Shown here: positions 50,071-62,459 of the stretch, one piece after another
Layout of the letters: every line of letters begins with the position of its first letter
Position numbering within the stretch: position 1 is the stretch's first letter
Assembly (NCBI RefSeq): GCF_032062105.1
Contig: NW_026938498.1
Span: 620,001 to 684,000 of the forward strand
DNA: 64,000 nt
Reading direction: 5' to 3'
Source: Saccostrea cucullata
Lineage: Eukaryota
The notes under the pieces: model-generated
Databases searched by the model: none
Told to the model about the DNA's origin: nothing
The model's input: only the letters and a program-made list of their open reading frames with translations
Made by a program: the position numbers and the translations under genes

Positions 50071-52699
50071 GCGTAGAAGTGCAAAAAATATTACTCGACG
50101 ATCTTTCCTCTACTGATAACTCAATGACCCATGACCCGCTTAAAATTACTGAAACCATCTATAATAAATAATTTATATAATAAAAATAAAAGAAATAAAA
50201 AATCTAAAATTCTTTAATACCTGCAGCATATACATGTAAGTGTATTTAATACATTTTCTTTTATAACATTTTGCCCTGTCTTAAAGAACTTTCCTTTAAG
50301 ATTCATCAAAAACACATCCACTATGCCGGTGTCTACCTACATATGAAAAATAGTGAAAATCTATCCTATAAAATTACAATTTTTTCATCCTGTAATTTTT
50401 TCTTTTTGTGAATTGACGATGCTGCAAAGCATTTACAACGAAAACCCACCTCCATTTCATAAGAGGCTGTTAATATCTTTGTTCCATCAACTTGTTTGTC
50501 AATATTTTGCCTCATATTCTTGCATATTGCTTCAACTAGGTGATATAAGCATCATATGCAGGTTATAATAAAAGGTATTATTGCACCACAAATAATCAAA
50601 GTTAACGACAGAAAGCTGGTCATGTTGTTTATCATAAAATTTTGCAAAGTTTACCATTTCCGTCTTTTTCAGCAAAAATCCAAATATAAAAAAGAATTAC
50701 CAGACTCTGTGGTAGTTTTTTTTTTGGTTCACTGGGATATATCGAGACGACATATTAATGGAAGCCACTATTGATAATTGAAAGTACTTCCTCTATATAT
50801 CTTAAGGTATGATTCTTCTGTGGTTTCTGACTAGATGAAATATTCAATGTATAATTGCTTATATCTTTAATATATTTAAAGGTAAAATTAAAAGATAATA
50901 TTTTTCTTTTCTCATCACAATTGTACAACTTTAAATATATATGGTAAACTGAGTTTGAAATCTAGCAGGGACTATATTTTTGGCGGAATGGTGGCGTATG
51001 AAAATATCTTTTCTGAATCCCAAAATTATTATACAACAATGAATTTAGTTACATGTCTTTTTTTTTTTAATTTTGTATAATTTTTACACAATCAAAGACT
51101 TGAAGAATTTTTAGAATATTAGGTAAAGCAATATTTGAAAAAATTATTTTGCTGTTAAAATGTGCTATTAAGATAAATCTGTATGTAACGTAAATCTTTA
51201 TGATCAACTAAACTAAAATAGAGCAAAAGAATTACTTCTATAAACAATCCAATATTCAGTTTTATATAGGAAATCATTATTTAACAGGATGACAATATAA
51301 ATGTACTTTTCAATCGAAGCTTATAGATAGTTCTTTCATCGCAAATATGAACAACAGAAGTTTATTAACGTTATTTTTTTCTGTCATTGAAATTGTTATT
51401 TACAAATTGCAACAAAAAATTCCGACATCAAAGTTGCAGCTCATATTGCTTTAAAGGGACTAGAATTTAAAAATATATGAGATAAATATGATTTTCTAAA
51501 CAAACTACAATTATGTTAGCTTTTTAAAGCTTCCAATCTATGTATTAATATAAGCCAAAAAATCTGTAGAAAGTGTTTTTACTCTCGTAGAAAACGGTAA
51601 AAACTTTTTTTTAATATCATTTAGTATCTTTGTGGGAAAAAATGCAAAATATTAATGATTAATGGCAAGGTAAGAATATTTACGAGTCCTTTTAATATTA
51701 AAAAGCAGCTACTTATGAAGTCAAACATCATTGGGCCCGTTTTACAAAAGAACTTACCACTAAGATCAAAAAATGTATTTTAAAATTTTGTAAAATGAAT
51801 AATACTGTTTGAAATTGCCAACTTAAAATTATTTTGCCGTTTTTCTTTTATATAAAAAGATAAAAACCATTTTCAAATCATTGTAAAATGGGACTTCAGG
51901 GCAGAATTAATTTTTGGTCTTTCTAAAACCGTCTTCAGGACTAATTTATCGTGGGGAATGGTTAATATATAATGTTGAAAAGTCGTACAATTTGATATTT
52001 TATATTAATCTGATTCTTACGTCTCTGATATTCTTAATTTTACTTATCTCTTTTGAATTAATCTCATATATTTATCTGTATGACATATACACGTGAATAT
52101 CTAAATGAAAAACTATATATAATATCATCATTAAGTTGTTCTTATTTAGGATGACAAAGAAACAAAACTACCTTAATTGCATTTTTCTGTGTAAAACGGT
52201 TATTATCAGTATGAGAATAAGTAAAGTGGGAACAAGGATCTAAGATCATTTACCCTTGATATCAGTGAAGTCAGACATTAAAGGGCTTAGCATCGGAACT
52301 TGATCAAATTCAGTGAGTTTAATGACCCTAGATCATACTGTCAATAATCCCTTTCCCAAATGTCAAGTAATTTTGTCTTTGAATCACGAAGAGTATATTT
52401 TCTTGAAAAGAGTAAGTGATTGAAAAAAATAATAATGAATATTTTCTGGTGGCAAATCTACACTGTATGAATTCGAAACCTAAAAAAGATATTAAAATAC
52501 ATATTGACCTGCAAATACCCTCTAGAAATCGCAATTGATACTTGTTTCTCAAATTCTGAACAGTATTATTGAAACATTTTCATAAAGAAACTGTATGTAC
52601 TAGTACTTATTAAGTATATCCAGAGTTTCCTAGTGCAAATAAATAAATAAAGCTATTACTGAAGCAAGGGTTCTGTACCATAATAAAAAGAATACGTGA

Positions 52700-53050
52700 G
52701 AATTGGGAAAAGGACTGGCAGATGGCTTGTCACCTTCAGAAGTGTGCCACCATTCACATTTCTAGGAAATCCCATCCAGTCAAAGAATCTTTTAACAACT
52801 GCATAACCATAACCTAGATTTCCCAAGTGGCAACTACATTGGAATCAATCACAAATAAGCTCAAGGCCTTGAACCGAGTGAACATGCATATTCTACAAAA
52901 TTGACTATCACTTTGTAAAAGTTCCGGTACATCACTTGCTACATATATACATGTTACCAATGGCAGAACCCCTGGTTCTATGACAAACAAAAATCCCCTG
53001 ATCTTCTCTCTCTCAAACAACAGAAAATATTGCTTCCCTGTTCACAAACG
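52700..53050 (+). mobile_element. Non-LTR retrotransposon (LINE) RT C-terminal remnant
   Basis: NWEKDWQMAC(F)HP-QKCATIHISRK matches the WxxxWxMxF(N/H)xxKC motif that follows LINE RT domains; IFYKI downstream. Frameshifted. Confidence 0.6.
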
Positions 53051-53274
53051 ATCACTGTGTTATAATTGTATATACTTGAAGAAGAAGAACATTTTTATGT
53101 TTACTAACATGCAAGTACATGTTAAGATCCCTATGGATTTGATATGTTGTACCGTTATGAAAAGTAGTTGTGTAGCTAATGCCCTATATTATCTAGATAC
53201 AGAGGACTGTGGTCTAGAAAAATTCTTTAATTGACCTAGTTTGTGATTCGTGTTAGACATTTACTACCATTTTC

Positions 53275-53477
53275 CATTACGTCGCGGGTTCGAATCCCAC
53301 TATGGGACTTGGAGACCGGTCCCGTGTCGCAGTAGGTGCTGGCACCGAAAAGATTCCTCCATTCTCAATGGCCCTGAGTACCGAGGACAAAATTTGTAGC
53401 TCTCCACCAGCAAGTGGTGGCGTCTCCATATAAGTGAAAAATTCTCGAGAGGGACGTTAAACAACATACAATCAATA
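53275..53477 (+). mobile_element. 5'-truncated tRNA-derived SINE
   Basis: ttacgtcgcgggttcgaatcccac (B box) ... gagggacgttaaacaacatacaatcaat, colinear with 55855-56089. Confidence 0.85.
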
Positions 53478-53504
53478 CCTTGTATGTATTCAGTTTAGAG
53501 TCCA

Positions 53505-54281
53505 TACCACACATGAACCCCTGACCCTAGGTCCACACATTGCACAATTTTTGAAAAGGCACACTTGGGTATAAAAAATATTTTGATTGATACCAAGGAG
53601 CAGATTTCAAACAATTCATTTTCAGTATAAACGTAGAACCCCCCCCCCCCCCCCCCCCATGGCATCCCTGACCAAGGGGCCTTGAAATTCACATTTCTGG
53701 AAGAAGAGCCCTTGCACATCATAACTATAGTTAGGTAAGGTAGTTCATCTGCTTTTTACCCAGGGGCAGAGAAAAGGATTTTCAAAGATGTAATGTATTT
53801 TCACTATATAATCATTATAGAGCCCCGCCCTAACACCAGAACCCCTGACCCTGGGGCTATAAAATTGACAATTTTGGTAGAGGCACTCTTGCTCATTATA
53901 ACTATGTACTACTAGTTAGTTTATTTATTACATGTACCTAGGAGCAGAGAAGAAGATTTTCAAAAAAATTAATGCATTTTTACTACATAATCAATACGGT
54001 CCCAGCCCTAAAACCAGAGCTCCTGACCCTGGGACTATAAAATTCACAATTTTGGTAGAGGCACTCTTGCTCATCAAAACTATGTACTTACTAGTTAGTT
54101 TATTTATTACAGGTACCTAGGAGCAGAGAAGAAGATTTTCAAAGATTTAATGCATTTTCACTATAATCTGCTTTAACACCAGAACCCCTGAACCTGGGGA
54201 TAAATAATTCACAAATTTCGGTAGAAGCACTCTTGCTAATCATAACTATATACTTAGTTAGTTTATTTAATACCCAGAAGC

Positions 54282-54315
<34 letters not shown>

Positions 54316-54852
54316 CACTATATTCACTATATAATCAATATAGCCCCGCCCTAACACCAGAACCCCTGACCCTAGGGCCATAAAATTCACAATTTTGGTA
54401 GAGGCACTCTTGCTCATCATATCTATGTACTTACTTGATTTATTTAACATCCAGGAGCAGAGAAGATTTTCAAAGAATTAATGCATTTTCACTATATAAT
54501 CAATATAGCCCCGCCCTAACACCAGAACCCCTGACCCTAGAGCCATAAAATTCACAATTTTGGAAGAGGACTCAATGCTCATTGCATTCATGCCAACTTA
54601 AAATATTCATATTGTACACTTTGTATATTATGAATAAAATATTTCTTACAGTTAGACTGCTTGATGTCCTGAAGTGAAGAAGAAGATTTTTAAAGATTTC
54701 GTTAATTTTAGTGGTTTTGTTCCCATCCCTCAGGCCCTAGGGGGACGGGGACCATAAAATTCAAAATTTTTGTTCCCTTCACCAATAGATGCTGTATACC
54801 AAATTTGGTTGAAAATGTTCAAATGTTAACACACGATGACGGACGAAAACGG

Positions 54853-54888
<36 letters not shown>
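53505..54888 (-). mobile_element. HINE family 2, second copy (one end truncated)
   Basis: Same repeats as 41721-43268; terminal perfect hairpin taggtcacctgagtgactcaggtgaccta. Confidence 0.9.
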
Positions 54889-54889
<1 letters not shown>

Positions 54890-55059
54890 TAAAGCGAGTC
54901 AAGGACTACGATGTGTCTTCGACTGAAATATGTCTGATGTGGACTCACACATCCAGTGTGGAATGACAGGGTTGGTCTTCTAATCATTTTGTTCTTTGTG
55001 TTCCAGCGGTTATGAAACGGAGTATCAGAATACGTACAAAAAATCCTACAACATTCAAA

Positions 55060-56830
55060 ATGGTTGCTGGAGATCGTAAAAGAGAGAAGTCTGAGCTTGA
55101 AGATAGTTCAACGCCCAAAAAGCAAATACTGGACAAGGACCGGGCAGGAAACTAAGAACATTCTATCAGATGGCCTACACCTGATATAAAAAAAATCTCG
55201 TTTCCAACCCACTAAATTCAAATTTCCCTTATCAAGTTTAGGGGGGATCTTTTCAGGGATCTTGGTGCGAGAAATGGAAATGGCTCCACTATAATGTGTC
55301 ATTATATGAAGCACTTTGTTTCTGTTTTATAACAGCTTACAAGGCTGGTATGTTGTCCAATCATAAGAAAGAGAAGGCATTTTTGTCAACGGGATTCCGT
55401 TATTGGAAAAAAGCTACAATGCGCTTCGAGAAGCATGTCAACAGCAAGTGTCACAGAATAGCAGTTGAGAGATCGTTTACACTTCCAAAGGTATTAAAGG
55501 ATGTTGGCGAATCTCTCGGTAAACAACACTCGGAACAAAGATTGTTTCCTAAAAGTACTTGGGAATTTAAAATATCTAGCAAAACAAACTATTCCAATAA
55601 GGGGAATCTGGAGAGCTCTAATTTTCACGAGCTGGTTAAACTGCAAATAGCGAGTGATCTTGTTTTGCAGACATGGATTCACAGAAAAACAGACAAATAT
55701 GTTTCAGTGCAAGTTGAAAACGACGCACTTAAAGTTATGGCTAATCAAGTTCTTATGAAAGTTTTAGAGAATGTCTAATCTCTAACCATAATGTCGCCCG
55801 CGTGGCGCAGTGGTTAGAGTATCTGCTCTGAAGTCGCGAAGTAAGGAGTCAATCCTTACGTCGCGGGATCGAATCCCACTGTGGGACCGGTACTTCGGAT
55901 GAGACCGTATAAACCGTGGTCCCGTGTCGCAGTAGGTGCTGGCACGAAAAATATACCTCCCTGCTCAATGACCCTGAGTGCCGAGTATAGGACAAACTTT
56001 GCAGCTCTCCATCGGCAAGTGGTGGCGTCTCTATATAAGTAAAAAAAATTTCAGGAGGGACGTTAAACAACATACCATCAATCAATCAATCTAACCATAA
56101 TGACTAACCATAATGACTGATGAGACCATTGGCATTTCTAATAGAGAACAGCTCGTTATTTGACTCCGAAACATCGATGACCAGTTTATGCCACAGAAAT
56201 TTTTTGTTGGCTTTTATGAAGTCGACGACATTAAAGCCGATACGACACATACCTTGATCATGTTCAATATTCCTTTTAATAAATCACGAGGTCAAAGTTA
56301 TGTTATGGCTGCCTCAATGACAGGGTCAAAGAATGGAGTTGAAAGACAAATTTTAAAGAAAGAGAGCTGAGCTCTTCATTTGCACTGTTTTGGTCATGTT
56401 CTTCACTTGGCGTGTTCTAGGCTGTTAAATCATTTACAATTATGCATGATGTCCTTGACAAAACAAGTTAAAATAAAAAAGTGATCAAAGAGTCGCCAAG
56501 AAGACAAGCAATTTTTAGAAATTTGAAAAAATTTGAGAATTTCGAAACTTCATCACTGGAATAAAAGTTTTATGTGCAACAAGAGTATAATACTTACTAC
56601 AAAGTATTATTGGGCGTATGGGAGGAATTGATAGAGTATGTAAAAGTTTCAGACATGAGATGCAGAAGAGGCGACCTACATGAACAAATTTGACTTCCTC
56701 TTTGAATGTCTGCTGGGTGAACAGTTACTCCGTCAAGGCGACATTCTTAGCAAAGCCCTTCAGATCAAAACTCTTGTCTGCTGCAAGTCAGAAAATGGCT
56801 CGAAGCACGGTAAAAACTCTGGAATCTCTA
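55060..56830 (+). pseudogene. Decayed hAT transposase (ZMYM1-like: TTF zinc finger, DUF4371 region, DDE core)
   Basis: WCEKWKWLHY..CF.F..AFLSTGFRYWKKA..FEKHVNSKCH (TTF finger); SNFHELV..KYVSVQVEND; TIMTDETIGISNREQL; RGQSYV (second catalytic D lost); HCFGHVLHLAC; LSKALQ. Multiple stops and frameshifts; SINE insertions. Confidence 0.9.
55793..56089 (+). mobile_element. Full-length tRNA-derived SINE with Deu/Nin-like core
   Basis: A box TGGCGCAGTGG; B box GGATCGAATCC; core tcggatgagaccgtataaaccgtggtcc; (ATCA)n tail; 12-13-bp TSD tctaaccataat(g) at 55781 and 56090. Confidence 0.92.
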
Positions 56831-56831
56831 A

Positions 56832-57107
56832 GATTGATTGATTGATTGTATGTTGTTTAACGTCCCTCACGAGAATTTTCACTCATATGGAGACGCTACT
56901 ACTTGCCGGTGAAGAGCTGTAAATTTTTGTCCTTTACTTGTCACTTACATCCATTTAGCAAGGAGGGATCTTTTTCGTGCCAGCACCGCGATACGAGACC
57001 TCATCTGAAGGACGTCGCACAGTGGATTTGAACCCGCGACGTGAGGATCAACTCTTTACTTCTTCACTCTACAGCAGACGCTCTAACCAGAGCGCGGCAC
57101 TGGCGAC
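56832..57107 (-). mobile_element. Near full-length SINE of the same family
   Basis: Reverse complement runs from gtcgcc..tggttagagcgtctgctgtag to a (CAAT)n tail. Confidence 0.88.
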
Positions 57108-57634
57108 TAAAAGTACAACGAAGAAAATGTCTGAATGAAGATACCGGGGAAGGAGTTATTGTTCTTTGCAACATTTTTTAAAGATTGATTAATTGATTAA
57201 ACAAAGAAAATATACATTTTTATTTATAATTCTTGTACTTTAACACAATTACGAGAGATGTCCATAAAGTTCGTGGACAAGCTAAACTTTAAATAAAAGT
57301 TGTTTTATTGATATTTATTATTAGCATTATTTATAATTCTTTACTTAATGTGATAACAGTAAATTACAAAATATAGAATTATATTCAATTTCAAATGTAT
57401 AATATCTTGGCGTAATACGCTATATTTGTTGTAAATATCGTATCTACTCTGTAACTTTATTTATAGATACCGCCATCATGATAATTATTTTGCGGAATAT
57501 CACGCCCGATTCTAATTGTAATTTCTCTGTACTTTGCATTTTTATCGAAATCTGATATTCATAGGAAATAGTTATATTGTATAAATGTCTTACATTATGA
57601 TTGCCATATTTCTTTATTGATTATTTATTGTTAT

Positions 57635-58630
57635 TGTGAAACATATGTTGACAATGGTTATTGCCGGTGACTGCCGTGGTACCAGAGATCTGCCAGGCGT
57701 CCGTAGGGAAGCGCGTGGGTTTCCGGGGGGGGGGGACTCTCCAGAGATCTAAAAACGGGGGATAAGCATTGCCGGTAGACTCGGTGGTTAGATCTTGAGG
57801 TTAGAGGGTGTTTATTTTAATTCTTAGAGTTTTTTTTTAGTGGGAAATTAGTAATTTTTGAAGTAATTCATCAATTTTTCTTATAGTGATTACGGGTTAA
57901 TCTCATATCACTATTACTTACTAGTATTTATCCTAGGACGTTTATATTGGGTTAATCTCGATATCAAACGATTAAATAATTTTGTTACGGTTTCACTGAA
58001 AGTAAGTCAAGTCTTTCCGTGTAAATAATTGATTATCTTTGATAAATCTTAGGAATTCAATCAATTTAAAGTGATAATTCAGTTGCGTTAATAGAAATAT
58101 TCAAGCAGGAATTAAGACTAGGGTTTGATATAGAAGTTTTTGAGCTAAATTTCTTGCTTTAAATAATTTGGTAGATCGTGTAGATTTGTTAAGGGAGAAA
58201 TACTTTGGTTATTCTAAGGTATTTCTAGTATTTAATACTCACTATTCGGGTCATTCTCGTTTAGTGCTCCCCCCCCCCCCTTTATCGTATTAACATACAT
58301 GTAATACGAAGGTTGTGTTAGTTAGTATAGTTTTTCTCTGTGACTTTGGGTGATTCCCGACTTCCAGTGAATTTATTGTAATTGAATATTAATTGCTATA
58401 CATATTAATTTTATTCATTGAATAAAACTGTAAACTTTAGATAAGGCTTATCATTTAACTTCCTCGTAATTTTATTTACGAGTCCAAACACAGGTAATTC
58501 TTGTGTTATTCTAGGAAATCTATATTTACGGGTTATTTTCGCAAATCATCAAAGTACTACATGGGTTACTCCCGTGTAGGTATTTAACAAGTACTTGTGC
58601 GTGAGATACAAGCAACTCAGGTCCGTTACA
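57635..58630 (+). mobile_element. LTR-like segment (TG...CA); left boundary uncertain
   Basis: tgtga...ccgttaca; internal AATAAA at 58421; abuts Gypsy integrase sequence; no partner LTR in the window. Confidence 0.5.
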
Positions 58631-59073
58631 GACCTCAAAGTAATGGAAATATTGAACGTTTCAACCGTACCTTAGCAACCTTGCTAACCATGTATTGTGA
58701 AAAAGAACAGAACAGATGGGACGAATATCTACCCCAAGTAATAATGGCATTACTCAGTTCACAGTAGCACACATTTTACGCCAAATGTTATGGTAATTGG
58801 TTGGAACATCACCATGCCACTTGAAGCTGTTACATACATGTCTCCCAACCAATGAGTCTGACACCCAGAATTACCTAGCTGATCTTCAAGCTAAACTCCA
58901 CTCTGTTCATGAACTTGCTACACAGAACCTGAAAACAAGTGCAGAACATCTGAAACGTTATTACGTCATTAAAGCCAGTAAAAAAGCCCCTTGATATTGG
59001 TCAGCTGGTGTGGCTCTACGAACCCTTACAGAAAAAGGGGATTTGCAAAAAGTTATCTTGTCCATGGAGTGGT

Positions 59074-60191
59074 CAGGGACGTAGCAACAGGGGGGGGCAG
59101 GGGGGGCCTGGCCTCCCCACTTTTATTGCCAACAATACTTTTACTATTGAAAATGTTCATTGAAACCACTTTATTCTAAAGTGAAGTATTATGAAGGAAA
59201 TATAGTATTGTAAGCTTAAACCAGAAGTCTCTGTCGAGACTGAAGCTCTACTGGTTTGAACTTATAGCAAAGGAAGAGAAAAGTACTTAAGCAGCTGGGA
59301 TATGAAACTTTACAACAGCAATAAATAGATGATAAAGTCTCTTTATGTATCTTAGTGTAGTCTACTTGTGTGCCAAGTTATATTGAAATCAGACCAAAAC
59401 TGTAGCCAGTAGCATTTTGAAACAATTTTACAGATATTTCTAAGGCAACAGGTTCATTGAAATCAAAAACCCATATACAGAATTATGTATCTTAGTGTAT
59501 TCTACTTGTGTGCCAAGTTATATTGAAATCAGACCAAAACTGTAGGAGGAGTAGCATTTTGAAACAATTTTACAGAAATTTTTATTTTTAGTAACCACGG
59601 CAACACCGTTCATCGAAATCAAAAACCGATATACAGAATTATGTATCTAAGTGTATTCTACTTGTGTGCCAAGTAATACTGAAATCAGGTTAAAACTGTA
59701 GGAGGAGTAGCATTTTGTGTTCATCGAAATCAAAAACTGATAAACAGAATTATGTACCTTAGTGTAGTCTACTTGTGTGCCAAGTAATACTGAAATCAGA
59801 CCAAAACTGTAGGAGGAGTAGCATTTTGAAAGAATTTCACAAAAATTTCTATTTTTAGTAACCAGCAACATTTTTCAAAAACCGATTTTTAAAATTTGTG
59901 TGTATATTGAAATTCAAAATGGTAGCATTTTGAAAAATTGTTTACAGACAGACGGACAGACAGGCGGACAGACGGAGAGGATCGCTAAGCTCTTCTGGTC
60001 TCTGAGGTAGAGCTAAAAATGTGATATTGAAAGGAATTGGTAGTCGCTACCCCCCCCCCTCCCCCCCACGAAATAGGATTTTCGACTTTGGGCAATTTTC
60101 CTTTTTTTTTTGCTTGTCAACTTTTTCAGGTAAGGAAAAAAAAAATTCTGTGGCTGGCCCCCCCACTTTCAAAATCGATGCTACGTGCCTG
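59074..60191. mobile_element. CAGG-terminal MITE with 5-bp TSD (hAT5-like?)
   Basis: 13-bp TIRs cagggacgtagca / tgctacgtgcctg; GTGGT duplicated at 59069-59073 and 60192-60196. Confidence 0.85.
59244..60018 (-). mobile_element. HINE family 4, second copy, nested in the MITE
   Basis: Same ends (aagctctactggtttg ... gtagagctaa) and repeats as 45488-46080; four units. Confidence 0.88.
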
Positions 60192-60879
60192 GTGGTCCCT
60201 GCATTGTCCTTGAGAAAATTGATGATACCACGTATCGAGTTAAACGGAGTGCTAGAAAAGAAGCAAAATTATATCTCATAGATCGCTTATCGGTTTATGT
60301 TTGGATATGGATTTTTTTGTGTGATATTTAATATTTCTGGAGGGAATGTTTAGTATCCATTGTACCTGTGGGAAAAACTGTGTTCCTCCGCTACCGGGGC
60401 ATTGTGTAATTTCTGTTGGGATATTACAGGGTAGATTTGGGAGCAGATTTTTATTTTTAAAATTTGTGTTTTGATAATGGTGAAGTATATAGGTACTGTG
60501 TAGGGTCGCGCCTTTTTTTGATCACTCAGGGTGTGCTCCTGCGGTTTTTGGTGACCATGAAGAATCCTTGAAGAGGATCTTGGGTCTTTATTTTGTTTTA
60601 TTTTTTCTGTTGATATTTGATCTACGGGATCACTTGGTGTTGCATCTCCTCTGTGGTGGTATTTGCTATCTGCCTAAGGTGTGTTGTGTTGAAAAATGTT
60701 TTACTTTTCCTTGTCCTGCTGGCCATCCCGACAAATAATTTTAATGATAGTAGGGTACATGTAGGGGGTGGATTTTAGAATGTTTTACTAAAATTAAAAA
60801 TGTATCTGCAGACGGCATTGCTGTCGGCTCAGAATATTATACTGAGCCTGACAGATATTATTATTTACCCGTTTTCAGC

Positions 60880-61570
60880 ATGTCATCTGCAGTTTATGCC
60901 TTATGGTTGTGCCCAGATAAATTCAAGTCCAACAGGGATCGAAAGAATCACTTATTTCCTGCCCCCATGAGAGGTTGTGGGTGATTTGTCCATTGTGTCC
61001 AGTGAAAGATGGAAAACGTGAAAAGACTTTGAGAAGAATGGCAGAACTAAAAGTCCATATCCTGGAGGCCCACAAGGGGTTGGGAAGGCTGAAGGACGTA
61101 ACAAATGACTTCTACTCAGAGGCGAATGGATTTTGGTTCTCCTTGCATCCCTCTGATTACAAGAAGATTGTACAACCAAACCCCTAGAGGAGCGAGGCGG
61201 CCATTAGGGAAGAACTGGAAATGGTCTCATGGATGAGGAACAATGGTTTTGAGCAGCAGAAAACTCAGAGAATTCGAGCAGGGTTGGGAGGAGGGAAGAG
61301 GTTCGTCGCTAACACCCGAAGAACACTTAGACCTGATTATGCAGAAGATACAGAGAAAGATCCTTCTCCAGTGGTGAAGAAGCCGAGGGAGTATTCGCCA
61401 ATGAAACCCGAGTTGGATGAAAGGTTCACGATTAAGGCTATAAGCTTAGAAGGGGGGGGTTGCTCCTGAGACTCCTATCAACCCCCTGAGACTCCTATCT
61501 CGTCTACCTCTTCTGAAACCAAGGAATCTGTAGAGAAGCCTCTGGGCTCCACAACATTCCCCCAGCTCTG
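60880..61570 (+). pseudogene. Degenerate tandem C2H2 zinc-finger ORF downstream of the Gypsy integrase
   Basis: MSSAVYA(L)WLCPDKFKSNRDRKNHL..(frameshift)HERLWVICPLCPVKDGKREKTLRRMAELKVHILEAH..EANGFWFSLHPSDY; internal TAG at 61185-61187; preceded by acceptor ttttcAG (60877-60878). Confidence 0.65.
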
Positions 61571-61898
61571 ATCTTCCAGACCTCAAGAACTCGGTTTTCT
61601 GGGAGTATGCCGACCCCGCTGCCTTGAACTTTTAAAAAGTGTTGGAATGCCTCAGAATGTTGTTTTAAAGTAGAAAACAAAGCCTGGAACCAGTTTCCAA
61701 TGCCTTTTGATGTATAAATGTTCTAACATTTCCATCAACTACAATATATTGCCTATAAACAGTAAATATTAAGCTTTTAGTTTTAAGTAATTTGTTATTT
61801 TGTTGATGTTATAGGTGTTACATATTGTTGATCAAATCAATAAAGTTGTTTGCTGTTGTATACTTGTACTGTTAAAATGTTAAGTTAATTATAATAAA

Positions 61899-62042
61899 AC
61901 AATTATAGCCTTTTGATATCGGTCAATACATGTTTTTATATACCTGATGAGAGTACATCGACATCCGACTTCGACCTCGATCGGTCGATATACCTCATCA
62001 GCTCCATAAAAACATGTATTGGCCTCATAGGGCTATAATTGT
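61899..62042. repeat. Long imperfect palindrome
   Basis: acaattatagcc..ggtcaatacatgtttttat..ctgatgag..atcgac / gtcgat..ctcatcag..ataaaaacatgtattggcc..ggctataattgt. Confidence 0.75.
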
Positions 62043-62179
62043 ATATGATTATAAACACACCCACACACAAAAACATTTTATATATATTTTTATGAAATAT
62101 CGATTTTATTCTTTACTATGACGTCACATTCCCCATTGTGACGCCACTCTATTATTATAGTAGATAAAATTTTTGCAAG

Positions 62180-62459
62180 ATGATTGCAACAACAGACATT
62201 TTATTTCATTTCTCCAGATGTAGAGATTTCTCTAAATGGCGGTACAACCAATACGTCGGTAAGGAATGTTTGTGGCTTTAAAAAGTAAGCTAATTTTTTT
62301 TTATTCAGTGAAAATTTGTCAAAATATTCATGCCTTTTCTGTATTTGTTTAATAGGCAATCGCCCGCGACCCCATGGGAGAGTTATAATCGATCCATTAA
62401 ACATCGGAAGCTCTGTAGACCCTCCAAACTGGGTCCACAGAGGCGGAGGAGACCATTAA
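62180..62459 (+). CDS. Putative small spliced peptide gene or terminal exons, copy 1 (exons 62180 or 62218-62258, and 62356-62460)
   Basis: GT-AG phase-1 intron of 97 nt; exon 2 encodes (G)NRPRPHGRVIIDPLNIGSSVDPPNWVHRGGGDH*; frame and splice sites conserved with copy 2. Confidence 0.6.

Larger units (their letters stand above)
58627..60305 (+). pseudogene. Ty3/Gypsy integrase C-terminal half (58627-59073 and 60197-60305)
   Basis: YRPQSNGNIERFNRTLATLLTMYCEKEQNRWDEYLPQVIMA..SVHSSTHFTPN; GQLVWLYEP..KGICKKLSCPWSG|PCIVLEKIDDTTYRV..IDRL (GPY/F module). Confidence 0.92.

Noticed and set aside
55793-55885. tRNA gene
   Set aside because: A and B boxes are followed by a SINE core, tail and TSD; multi-copy; no complete cloverleaf.
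57250-57300. Mariner-like TIR start (tacgagagatgtcc); also Tc1-like cactgctcaaa near 26020
   Set aside because: No matching second TIR or transposase sequence found.
61944-62001. CTGATGAG as a hammerhead core
   Set aside because: No GAAA partner; it is simply one arm of the palindrome.
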